IMG/VR virus record: IMGVR_UViG_3300044620_001883
Location: 128,001 to 192,000 of that record
DNA: 64,000 nt
Source: a virus
Lineage: Duplodnaviria; Caudoviricetes
Reading direction: 5' to 3' (one strand)
Below are positions 9,164 through 17,741 of the stretch, in pieces; within the stretch, counting starts at the first letter, position 1, and each line of letters starts with the position of its first letter. Under the pieces are notes generated by a model. It saw only the letters and a list, made by a program, of their open reading frames with translations, was not told where the DNA came from and made no database searches. Made by a program: the position numbers and the translations under genes.

Positions 9164-9781
9164 ATGGCAACGCCGTTTCAACTTCTCTCTCACGTCAAAC
9201 GCGCAGGCGCGACCCCTCCCCCACCGGAAGGTAAACAGTACGACCTGCCCGTTCCGATCCCTCCAACATCCAAGACGGACAAAACCGTAGCAGCCTTGCC
9301 GCCTGGTAAGCAGTACGCGTTGCCGGTTCCGCCAACCCCGCAAGCCCCTACGCTTGCATCACCCATCCTGACACGCTCAGGACAACCAGCTCCGGCAGGT
9401 TGGGCACCTCCCAAACAGGAACTCCCACCCGTGCCGGTTCCTGCGGAGGTGCGGCAGGGTCTACCATCATTCGGGCAGTGGTTACAGTCGCGCGCGGTCG
9501 ATCTGTCAACAATGTTGGTCCCGTACCAAGCGCAGATCAATCAGGTCTTCGGACACAAGCAAGCTTCCCACATCCGCGTCAGCTCGTACTTGCTCAAGCG
9601 CGCGACCCTCGGAGCAGCAAAGTCCGTAGCTGGACAGCAGCCGGGACTCGGAGGGCATTTGAAGCAAGCGCCTAAGATGTTCCAACCACCCGCTGCACCG
9701 ACCGCTGTGCAGCCGACCCAGCCAACAGCGCCTGACTTCAAGATCAAAGCTCCTGCCGGGATCGCGGCAGCACGAGGCTAA
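9164..9781 (+). CDS. Pro-rich putative virion internal protein
   Basis: Internal duplication GKQYxLPVP; HVKRAG and HKQASHIRVSSYLLKRA motifs. Confidence 0.55.
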   Translation: MATPFQLLSHVKRAGATPPPPEGKQYDLPVPIPPTSKTDKTVAALPPGKQYALPVPPTPQAPTLASPILTRSGQPAPAGWAPPKQELPPVPVPAEVRQGLPSFGQWLQSRAVDLSTMLVPYQAQINQVFGHKQASHIRVSSYLLKRATLGAAKSVAGQQPGLGGHLKQAPKMFQPPAAPTAVQPTQPTAPDFKIKAPAGIAAARG

Positions 9782-9784
9782 TTT

Positions 9785-10792
9785 ATGAAACCGACGCACA
9801 TCCAAGTCAGTTCATACATGGTGAAGCAGGGATTGGCTAGGTGGCGTACTGCAAAGGCGTTGGCGGCTTTCATGCGCCGCCCACCAACACCGGCAATAAC
9901 GTCTAATATACATCCACCCAAGTGGGGAGATCCGACCCGCCTGACTCAGCTGCAAATAGCCAAGTCACATATGAGCTCGAACCCTTACGCACCAGCGCAA
10001 GAGATGTCAGGGCTGCTGAAGCAGGTAAACAAATTGGACGACGTGACACCGCTAGAGACACTCGGCGCAAACATGCTTCAGAATAAGCAAACTCCGGGTT
10101 CACTGTTTCGTGGAATGAGAACCTTAACTCCCAACATTGAAGCAGGTAGCTGGGTCCATGGAACTCCGTCCCCTGCTCTGGCCGCCAAGTACGGACCGAA
10201 TCGTTCAGCTCCCGCGTTGGTTGCTGAATACCAGGCAAGCCCACTTAATCGCTACAGCGCTGACTTTTTACAGGACATGGACGTCACCAAGCAAATGGGG
10301 CGTACTTGGGACAGTGTTGTTTCCGCGCTGCGTCAACCACCGAATTTGCGTGGCGATGCATTCGGCTTAGCCCGCACGAACAAGAATTTATGGGCGCGCC
10401 ACCAACTCAAGCTAGCTGACCCAAGAGAGTTGGTGACCGGCAAGGGACTGGAGCCGGCTGACAGCTGGGTACCTTGGTATGAGACCAAACTACAATCGGG
10501 TATCAACAATTTCCGCAATTGGGCATTTGTACATGACGGTAAACTGCTTCGCGTACCGGCAAATAAACAATGGCAGCACATACTGCGTAATATCACGTCC
10601 CCTGTGTACAAGGGATCGTGGGCCTCACGTATCCCGCAGGGGATGGAGCAGTTTATGGGGCGGCAGGGTTTTGAGTCAAGATTAGGTAGTGAATGGTTTA
10701 GAATTCAGGAGTACTTGCGTGGTGGGGTGGAAAAATTGAAACAGTTGTTACCCGCCCGTACGCCCCATGGCGCTGCTGCTCCCATGAAGTAA
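9785..10792 (+). CDS. putative virion cargo protein, possibly ADP-ribosyltransferase-like
   Basis: N-terminal HIQVSSYMVKQG tag; LFRGMR...HGTPSPALAAKY...VAEY weakly resembles ART core motifs. The ORF is solid; the ART call is tentative. Confidence 0.4.
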   Translation: MKPTHIQVSSYMVKQGLARWRTAKALAAFMRRPPTPAITSNIHPPKWGDPTRLTQLQIAKSHMSSNPYAPAQEMSGLLKQVNKLDDVTPLETLGANMLQNKQTPGSLFRGMRTLTPNIEAGSWVHGTPSPALAAKYGPNRSAPALVAEYQASPLNRYSADFLQDMDVTKQMGRTWDSVVSALRQPPNLRGDAFGLARTNKNLWARHQLKLADPRELVTGKGLEPADSWVPWYETKLQSGINNFRNWAFVHDGKLLRVPANKQWQHILRNITSPVYKGSWASRIPQGMEQFMGRQGFESRLGSEWFRIQEYLRGGVEKLKQLLPARTPHGAAAPMK

Positions 10793-10794
10793 AC

Positions 10795-10823
10795 TTGCTC
10801 CCCGGTCACGTCCATGCCACACT
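10795..10823 (+). promoter_or_regulatory. sigma70-like promoter (leaderless)
   Basis: TTGCTC-N17-CACACT, ATG 5 nt downstream. Confidence 0.5.
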
Positions 10824-10828
10824 AGGGT

Positions 10829-13800
10829 ATGGCCGACAAGACTAGACCAGATGTAATCGCCTTTGACCTTGATGGAACACTGGCCCTACGCCAGGAGCCC
10901 TTCAATCCGTACTCGGTAGGGGAACCCGTGGAGGCAATCTTGGACCTGGCCCTGAAGGCCATCCGGGATGGGAAGCGCACCTTGTGCTTCACGGCCCGCG
11001 CCAGTTCCAAGGATCCCAAGATGCACAGCACGGTGCGGAAGTGGCTCGATGATCACGGGTTAGAGAAGATGAAGATCACGAACATCAAGGATCCAACGAT
11101 AACCCGCTTCTACGATGACCGGGCCATCGGGGTCGTGCCAGACAAGGGCGAGCTTCTGACCAAGGTCGCGGCCGAGATGGTTCGGAAGACCAGGATGGTG
11201 GAAGTTCAGGATGACCACTGCCCACACTGTGACCACAAGTTTACCGAGAAGGGCTACCCGCGTCCTGACTTCGAACAGGCCGAGCGGGAAGGCATTGAGC
11301 CCATGGACGCTGACCAGCTGTGTCCCAACTGCCAAGGGATCGTGGATGACCCGGAGATGTCCGACGAGAGAATTGAGAACTACCAGGGCTTCGGCGGGGA
11401 ATCCATGAAGGAGATCCTGTACCAGCAGCGGGAGAAGAAGCGGGCTATCCTGGCTGCACGGCGGGCCAAGAAGGCCTCCACCTCGCCGGAGAACGTTTCC
11501 GTTCCAGGGCGAGGAGAGGAGAAGCAGGCCGCCGGGGACAAGCTCCGGAACCTGTGGGTACGTCGGGGTCAATGTCCCGAATGCGGTGGCAAGCCCAAGG
11601 ACTTCGAGTTCTTCAAGACCCACTCGAACGCGGAGTGTCGTGACTGCGGTCACAGCTTCGATGTCGATGCTGAACGTAAGAAGCAGGCTTCCTGGGACCA
11701 AGCCCAAGAGAAGTCCGCCTCAGTACAGATCGCAGGCCGTACTGGCCCGCATGGAATCCTGGAAGCCCTCAAGGCCCTGAACCTCGATGACCTCGAGAAG
11801 CAAGCCCGTGCTGACATTGCCTCCGGGAAGATCACCAAGCGTGACCGTGGGGTCAAGATGCTCAATGCCCTCGAAGGACTGCGCCGCAATGAGATCAAGC
11901 CCGAGGAGCTGATGATCAAGCGGGTGCCAGTGCTGCCACCGGCCTTCAGGCCCTTCTCGTTCCTGGGCACCACCTACATTCCCGGTGATGCCAACGAGCT
12001 CTACCAGGACCTCTTCAAGCACCGCGCCATCCATGACGAGACGCTCTCGACCCTGGGGGAAGGCGGCGCAGCCCTGACGCGCATGAATCTCCTGAATGCC
12101 ACGAGGGCCCTGTACGGTTACGGAGACCCCGTGTCCCCGAAGCTCAAGGAGCGTGGACCCTCGGGCTACTTGGACCAGATCCTCAACGAAGGGCCAAAGC
12201 ACTGCTACTCTGCAGACACAGAAATCCTGACGCGGGGTCAAGGGTGGGTGAAGTTCTCTGAACTGGAGCGTGGGGCGCAGGTGGCCACCATAAATCCCAA
12301 GACCCTGGCATTCGAATGGCAGACCCCTACGGAGTACATCGATTCAGAATACAGCGGTACCATGAAGCGGTTCGTAGTTGGTGGGCGTACAGGCAAGCGC
12401 ATGGACCTTTTGGTCACACCCAATCACCGGATGTGGACCAAAAAGCGCGACAAGAAGAATAAGATGACGGACGACAATTTGCGCACTGGTTGGTATGCGA
12501 TGCGGGCCGACGAGTTGGTCGCGCACAAAGTACGTCACTTCGCTATGGTGGGCGCAGGTGGTTGGGAGGGCTCGGTCGAACTGCCAGAGTGTGCACGCCA
12601 CTGGCCCGCTGAACTGTTTGCACGTTTTATCGGTTGGTACATTTCAGAAGGAAGCACACACGAATGTGGTACGATCGCTACAATCTGGCAGACCGAAGCA
12701 AACCCCGATTACTGCTTGGAACTAGACGCTTTGTTCCGAGACATCAGCAATGTACAAGAGGTGTCCAAAGTGAACATGCACCGGGAGGAGCCTCGCTTCA
12801 GCGGTTACGGTTGGAGCATCAAGGGATGTAGACCGTTGGTTGCATGGTTGGAACAGCATTGCGGCAAAGGTTCCAATTTCAAGCGCATACCTGCTCTAGC
12901 ACGTGATTGGAATCAGACCCTGTTGGGGTTGCTGTTCGACACCTACCTGAAGGGGGATGGCGCTAAGCGCGTTCCATGGCAGAAGCGTGCAAACGCGTCC
13001 GACAACTACCGGTTCCGTGATGCTCTTACAGATTCACATCATGCTTTCATTACCACAAGTCCAAAGCTGTTCGATGACCTGATGGAAGTAGGCTTCAAAC
13101 TTGGTATTTGTATCCGCCGTAGAAAAGAGCACCCGCATCTGTATCCAGAGCACCATGCTGAGAAGTACAATGGTGTGCTCATTGGGCGCTGGTTCGTTCA
13201 AACCGAGTCGAACGGGACAGTTCAGGATGTGCAGTACAACGGTCACATTTATTGTGTCGCTGTACCTAACGGGCTGCTTGTGGTGCGCCGCAACGGTGCC
13301 GCCGTCGTCAGTGGTAACTCCTTCGTTCAACGCCGGCTCCTTTCCAAGCCCATCGACAACGTGGGCCGCAGTGTCATCACGGTCGATCCAGACCTGGGCC
13401 TCGATGAAGTCTCGATCCCCCGTGAGATGGCCTGGACGCTCGCCGGTTCCAAGGTACAGCGGCGGCTGGCCATGATGGGCATGAGTCCCGCCCAGACCAT
13501 CAAAGCCGTGAAGGACCGTGACGCCTTTGCCAGCCGCACCCTGGAGCTTGAGCTGAAGGACACACCCTTCATCCTTTCCCGCGCTCCAGCCTGGCACAAG
13601 TTCAACGCCGTCGGGCAGTATGCCCGGATCCACGACGGTCCGCACATTGCCATCAACCCCTATATCACGGCCGGTCAGAACGCCGACTTCGACGGGGACC
13701 AGATCAACGTCTCCCTGCCGGTCCTGCCAGAATCCATCAAGGAGACCAAGGAGAAGTTGATGGCCAGCAAGATGCTGTTCTCCATCAAGAACCAGGACGA

Positions 13801-13960
13801 CGTGGTCCCGGTGCCTAAGCATGAGCAAATTTTAGGCATCTGGAATGCCAACAAACGTCCGCCTACGAAGCTGCACAGCTTCGCTTCAGGACAGGAAGCG
13901 CTTGCGGGTATGCAGAGCGGCGCTGTAAAGTTGGAGGACGACATTGAAATTCCGGACTAG
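10829..13960 (+). CDS. rpoC: RNA polymerase beta' catalytic fragment with N-terminal HAD-like and Zn-ribbon modules and an intein
   Basis: VPVLPPAFRP, LLSKPIDNVGRSVI, SRAPAWH and GQNADFDGDQ motifs; N-terminal FDLDGTLA..FTAR..YDDRA; two CxxC..CxxC ribbons. Confidence 0.92.
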   Translation: MADKTRPDVIAFDLDGTLALRQEPFNPYSVGEPVEAILDLALKAIRDGKRTLCFTARASSKDPKMHSTVRKWLDDHGLEKMKITNIKDPTITRFYDDRAIGVVPDKGELLTKVAAEMVRKTRMVEVQDDHCPHCDHKFTEKGYPRPDFEQAEREGIEPMDADQLCPNCQGIVDDPEMSDERIENYQGFGGESMKEILYQQREKKRAILAARRAKKASTSPENVSVPGRGEEKQAAGDKLRNLWVRRGQCPECGGKPKDFEFFKTHSNAECRDCGHSFDVDAERKKQASWDQAQEKSASVQIAGRTGPHGILEALKALNLDDLEKQARADIASGKITKRDRGVKMLNALEGLRRNEIKPEELMIKRVPVLPPAFRPFSFLGTTYIPGDANELYQDLFKHRAIHDETLSTLGEGGAALTRMNLLNATRALYGYGDPVSPKLKERGPSGYLDQILNEGPKHCYSADTEILTRGQGWVKFSELERGAQVATINPKTLAFEWQTPTEYIDSEYSGTMKRFVVGGRTGKRMDLLVTPNHRMWTKKRDKKNKMTDDNLRTGWYAMRADELVAHKVRHFAMVGAGGWEGSVELPECARHWPAELFARFIGWYISEGSTHECGTIATIWQTEANPDYCLELDALFRDISNVQEVSKVNMHREEPRFSGYGWSIKGCRPLVAWLEQHCGKGSNFKRIPALARDWNQTLLGLLFDTYLKGDGAKRVPWQKRANASDNYRFRDALTDSHHAFITTSPKLFDDLMEVGFKLGICIRRRKEHPHLYPEHHAEKYNGVLIGRWFVQTESNGTVQDVQYNGHIYCVAVPNGLLVVRRNGAAVVSGNSFVQRRLLSKPIDNVGRSVITVDPDLGLDEVSIPREMAWTLAGSKVQRRLAMMGMSPAQTIKAVKDRDAFASRTLELELKDTPFILSRAPAWHKFNAVGQYARIHDGPHIAINPYITAGQNADFDGDQINVSLPVLPESIKETKEKLMASKMLFSIKNQDDVVPVPKHEQILGIWNANKRPPTKLHSFASGQEALAGMQSGAVKLEDDIEIPD
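12203..13318 (+). mobile_element. intein with LAGLIDADG homing endonuclease (372 aa)
   Basis: Starts CYSADTEILT, ends YCVAVPNGLLVVRRNG..VVSGN followed by Ser; FIGWYISEG and YLKGDG blocks. Confidence 0.92.
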
Positions 13961-13969
13961 CCTGACCCC

Positions 13970-15970
13970 ATGACCTTTTTACCACGTACATTACTGAAGC
14001 TTGCCACTGTCGACAACACGGCAAGCTATGATCCGGCTAAGGGAATGCCAAGTCCTGTGGTGACACCAGGCACGGATGATCCCAATGAGATCGTCACAAG
14101 ACTGCCCGCTCCTGCGCCGACGACAACGACAACCACCACGCCAACTACCACCGCAACCACCACGCCAACCACCACGCCAACTACCACCGCACCAAACAAC
14201 GGTGCTCCCACTTCGGCTCCGGTTGGCAACGCCGCTTTTGCAGGTAATGCTGGCACACGTCCCAACGTCTCCACTTGGGAGCCGGGCAACGGAGGTCTGG
14301 CAGTTCCGGTTGGCGACCCTGCGGATTTCAAGGCCATGTCGCGACCAGATCTCGCGAATTTTTACAAAGGCTGGGGTGGGCGGGCCTACACGGACCGTGC
14401 GCCAGGAACAGTGGGCACACCAGTTCAGCAAATGGGCAGTGCGGATCTGTACAGCCCGACACCAGGGAATCCTGGAGGGACACATGTCAGCGCCACTATT
14501 GATCCAGAGAGTTCCCTTCGTAAAGGTGGGGATCCCAACAAGCGTGTCCTGAACTCCCAGTACGGAACTGGGAGTGTGACATTCAACAATCCCTCAAACT
14601 GGGCCACGGCCCCAGACCGCAAGACCGTCATTGATGGTAAGACCTACACAGGCCCCAATGCCTTCCGTGACCATCTGGAACCGATCGTGGCGAAGCAGCA
14701 GGAGGCGGCCAAGACACAAGCTGTCGCGGAGGTCGACAAGGCCAACCCTGGGTACTTGTTCAAAGGACCTGCAATGGCAGACCCACGTGGACCGGCCTAT
14801 CCGGATGTGCCAAACCTGCGTAACCAAACCATGGCGGGTTCCCGTATTGGAGATTCGCCTTATCAGTCCCTCACGGATCCAGATCGCGTGAACCCCGCGA
14901 TCGGCATCTCGGAAGGACGCCAACAGTACATCAATGATCTTGGTTCTTTGAACCTACCCGCGCGTGTGCCTGCTCCACAGCAGTTGTTGGCTGGAGGCAA
15001 ACCTGGAGGCAAACCTGGAGGCCAGCCCGCCGCAGAGCCCTATACGTCAATGCCTGTGAATCCGCAGTTCAAGGTTCCTAGTACCTTTGATCCATCTCGG
15101 AATACATTTATTTCATCAAACAGGCCAGGTAGTTATGATCCAGCATTAGCGGCGATGCGGGAAGGCGACCCGTTTGGTGCGAACGTCCATGGACAGCCTT
15201 CGCATTCAGGGAGAAAGCTGACAGGATTTGAATCAGACGCGGCGGCCACCAAGGACTGGGCAGCGAATCCAGTAGAGCCGAAGCTTCTGAAGAAACAGAG
15301 TAATACTGTTTCTCCTTTGGATGATCCGAATTCCTTGCTTAACCTGGACACGTCGGGACCGCTGATTCGGGAGCTTCCGGCCAAGCCTGCATCACCAGTA
15401 GCTGCGGCCAAGCCTGCATCACCCCCAGCCGTTGTCACTCCAAAGCCTGCTGCTCCAGCAACACCGAAGGTAGATGATTCACTCGGATGGGAAGCCGCTA
15501 CGCCGCCCCCAAATGCTTCAGCTCCCAAGCTAAAACCAAGTGACAGCGGTACACTCGGTTGGGAGTCTGGCCCTATGCCTCCCACACAAGGACAGCAGGA
15601 TGCGGCGAACATATTGAGGAACCAAGGTAACACGGAATTCCGTCTCCTCAACAACTGGCCAGGGAGTGATTGGGATCACCTGAAGAAGCAATTCCCAGAA
15701 GTGAAACCTGAGCAGTACAGGACAACAAATGCGCTCATTGATGCTTATCGAGCAGTCCTGCCGCCAGTCAAATCTGGTGCCCTCCACTTCGCGCTCCAGT
15801 GTTCCAAGTTCGCCAGTGCGATCATGCACACCCCCACCGGCCTTGAACCTCAGGGTGGGCTCGCAAAGCCGAAGATCAAGATGCCAATTGGCCCGGGGCG
15901 TCCGCAGGTCGCATTCGAGCACGCCGCCCCCGCCAAGCCCTCCATAACCCCTCTCACTCCTGCCTCATGA
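13970..15970 (+). CDS. Pro/Thr/Gly-rich putative virion internal protein
   Basis: 666 aa low-complexity protein; LLKLAT near the N-terminus, SKFASA near the C-terminus. Confidence 0.6.
   Translation: MTFLPRTLLKLATVDNTASYDPAKGMPSPVVTPGTDDPNEIVTRLPAPAPTTTTTTTPTTTATTTPTTTPTTTAPNNGAPTSAPVGNAAFAGNAGTRPNVSTWEPGNGGLAVPVGDPADFKAMSRPDLANFYKGWGGRAYTDRAPGTVGTPVQQMGSADLYSPTPGNPGGTHVSATIDPESSLRKGGDPNKRVLNSQYGTGSVTFNNPSNWATAPDRKTVIDGKTYTGPNAFRDHLEPIVAKQQEAAKTQAVAEVDKANPGYLFKGPAMADPRGPAYPDVPNLRNQTMAGSRIGDSPYQSLTDPDRVNPAIGISEGRQQYINDLGSLNLPARVPAPQQLLAGGKPGGKPGGQPAAEPYTSMPVNPQFKVPSTFDPSRNTFISSNRPGSYDPALAAMREGDPFGANVHGQPSHSGRKLTGFESDAAATKDWAANPVEPKLLKKQSNTVSPLDDPNSLLNLDTSGPLIRELPAKPASPVAAAKPASPPAVVTPKPAAPATPKVDDSLGWEAATPPPNASAPKLKPSDSGTLGWESGPMPPTQGQQDAANILRNQGNTEFRLLNNWPGSDWDHLKKQFPEVKPEQYRTTNALIDAYRAVLPPVKSGALHFALQCSKFASAIMHTPTGLEPQGGLAKPKIKMPIGPGRPQVAFEHAAPAKPSITPLTPAS
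14120..14190 (+). repeat. coding Thr-rich tandem repeat (PTTT)n
   Basis: Repeated ACCACCACGCCAAC(T/C) units in frame. Confidence 0.75.
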
Positions 15971-16599
15971 CAACACCCGCTCAACTTGCTGCTGACTTCC
16001 GTCAGCTTTCCCAGAAGCTCGCCTTCATTGGTGGACCACCTCAGCAAGGTGCCGCGCCTCCACCACAAGGGGCACCACCTCCAGGTGATCCGTCTCAGCA
16101 GGGTGCCCCGCCTCCCCAGGGCGCACCACCTCCCCAAGGCGCCCCGCCGCCACCTCAAGGTGATCCGTCCCAGCAGGGCGCCCCGCCTCCCCAGGGTGAT
16201 CCGTCCCAGCAGGGTGTTGATCCCATGCAGTTGCTGCAGCAGCTTCAGCAGCAGGTTGGTGAGATGCTGCAGGGCATCGAGCAGCTGGCGCAGACGGCGC
16301 AGCAACAGCAGCAGATGTTCGAGGCCCTGGCGCAGAAGACGCAGGCCTTCGAGCAGAAATCAATGCAGCAGGAAATGCAGCTCAAGGCGATGCAGAAGGC
16401 CATCGACGACTCGTCGAAGGTCATGCCCGACATGCTGCAGGATATGCAGCAGCAGCTCGCCCAACAGGAGCAGGCCCACCAGAAGGCCCTCATGCAGCAG
16501 CAGCTGTCCCAGCAGGCACTTGAGCAGCAGCTCCAACCGATGCTCCAACAAGCTGACCCAGCCTCGCAGCACATGATGGCGCAGGCAGGCGTGCAATAA
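15967..16599 (+). CDS. Gln/Pro-rich disordered protein with coiled coil
   Basis: QQGAPPPQG(DPS) repeats, then a Q-rich helix; SQKLAF motif. Confidence 0.65.
   Translation: MTTPAQLAADFRQLSQKLAFIGGPPQQGAAPPPQGAPPPGDPSQQGAPPPQGAPPPQGAPPPPQGDPSQQGAPPPQGDPSQQGVDPMQLLQQLQQQVGEMLQGIEQLAQTAQQQQQMFEALAQKTQAFEQKSMQQEMQLKAMQKAIDDSSKVMPDMLQDMQQQLAQQEQAHQKALMQQQLSQQALEQQLQPMLQQADPASQHMMAQAGVQ
16042..16215 (+). repeat. coding tandem repeat QQGAPPPQG(DPS)
   Basis: Recurrent GGTGATCCGTC(C/T)CAGCAGGG and GC(A/C)CC(A/G)CC(T/G)CC units. Confidence 0.8.
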
Positions 16600-16611
16600 A
16601 CCACAGCCCAC

Positions 16612-16881
16612 ATGATTCGCCTTCGCTCTCTCACTGACGGTACAGTGGTACTGGTCCCAACCTCTTGTGCAGTCGAGGTGCTGGACCAGGAAGGCGCTGT
16701 CGCGTTGCTGCTCCTGCCGGATCTTGGCAAGCACTCCCTGAAGCTCGTGACCCTCACGGAAGAGCCGACGGTGGCCCAGAACTATTCGAAGACCTTTGGT
16801 GTGCCGTTCAGCCAGGTGGTGGTGCCCGACCTGTCTGCGTTAAGCGGCGAAGCCCCGCCACCCCAACCCTTTAAGTCCTGA
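16612..16881 (+). CDS. hypothetical protein
   Basis: 89-aa ORF filling the gap between two + strand genes. Confidence 0.55.
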   Translation: MIRLRSLTDGTVVLVPTSCAVEVLDQEGAVALLLLPDLGKHSLKLVTLTEEPTVAQNYSKTFGVPFSQVVVPDLSALSGEAPPPQPFKS

Positions 16882-16884
16882 CCT

Positions 16885-17736
16885 ATGTTCCAATCCGGAG
16901 TCGAAACCATCCCCAATAGCGCCACTGAACTGGAGGTGATCTTCCCGGTCGCGTTCGCGGTGGACCCGGACACAATTATCGCCGTGGTGCGCAACACTTC
17001 GGCGGACTCCCCCAAGTACATCATCCAGGCCAGCATCACTGAGCAAAGCGCCACAGCCTTCACGGTCAGTCTCGACGCCGCAACCAGCTCCGGGAACTAC
17101 GAGCTGGTCTGGTTGGCTGGCAGCGCGGCCTCGATTCTCGACACCATGAGTGTGCTGGCAGGGCGCAAGCTCACCAGCTATGGGGAACTTGCGAGTCTCA
17201 CCAACGCCGAGTTCAAGATGCCGCTCTTGGATGTGTCGGGCATCCCTGCTCTCAAACTGGTGGACGCCGCCACGTTCTGGAGCGCCGTGGCGCAGCGAGC
17301 CTCCGCGGTCCCAGCCAGCCCTCTGGCCAACATCACCACCGCGATGGCCATGACGGTCCATGAAGGTTGGTTGTACATTTCAGCACAAGACCGCTGGGTC
17401 AGGCTGCCCGTGGATGACTCTCTAAATTGGACGACCCAACCTTTTTATGTTCCCTTCCGGGAGCGGGAGATTTCCTTCGTGGAGGCAACTCCAGGTGCGG
17501 ATGAGATCCTGGTCGTCGCTGACCAGTTGGTGTACACGATTGAATTCGACACACCCTTTGAAGCCGGCAACGCCCCCAAGGTGTTGCTGCAGTTGATTGA
17601 TCTGAATGGTGTGGCAGTCTCGCAGTACACCGCGCAGGTTACCCGGCGTGACCTTGAGGGTTTTGATGTCACGTTCTCGGCCCCGATCCAGAACTACACG
17701 CTCCAGCTGTACTACATGGCCCGCCAACTTCCTTGA
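16885..17736 (+). CDS. tail fibre-associated protein with two H-type-lectin-like beta domains
   Basis: Duplicated (V/I)xFxxxF..P.(I/V)....T...F.V.(L/F) domain; GWLYISAQDRWVRLP fibre motif. Confidence 0.5.
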   Translation: MFQSGVETIPNSATELEVIFPVAFAVDPDTIIAVVRNTSADSPKYIIQASITEQSATAFTVSLDAATSSGNYELVWLAGSAASILDTMSVLAGRKLTSYGELASLTNAEFKMPLLDVSGIPALKLVDAATFWSAVAQRASAVPASPLANITTAMAMTVHEGWLYISAQDRWVRLPVDDSLNWTTQPFYVPFREREISFVEATPGADEILVVADQLVYTIEFDTPFEAGNAPKVLLQLIDLNGVAVSQYTAQVTRRDLEGFDVTFSAPIQNYTLQLYYMARQLP

Positions 17737-17741
17737 TTCAC

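Noticed and set aside
16042-16215. CRISPR array
   Set aside because: Repeats are contiguous, in-frame coding units without unique spacers; no cas genes seen
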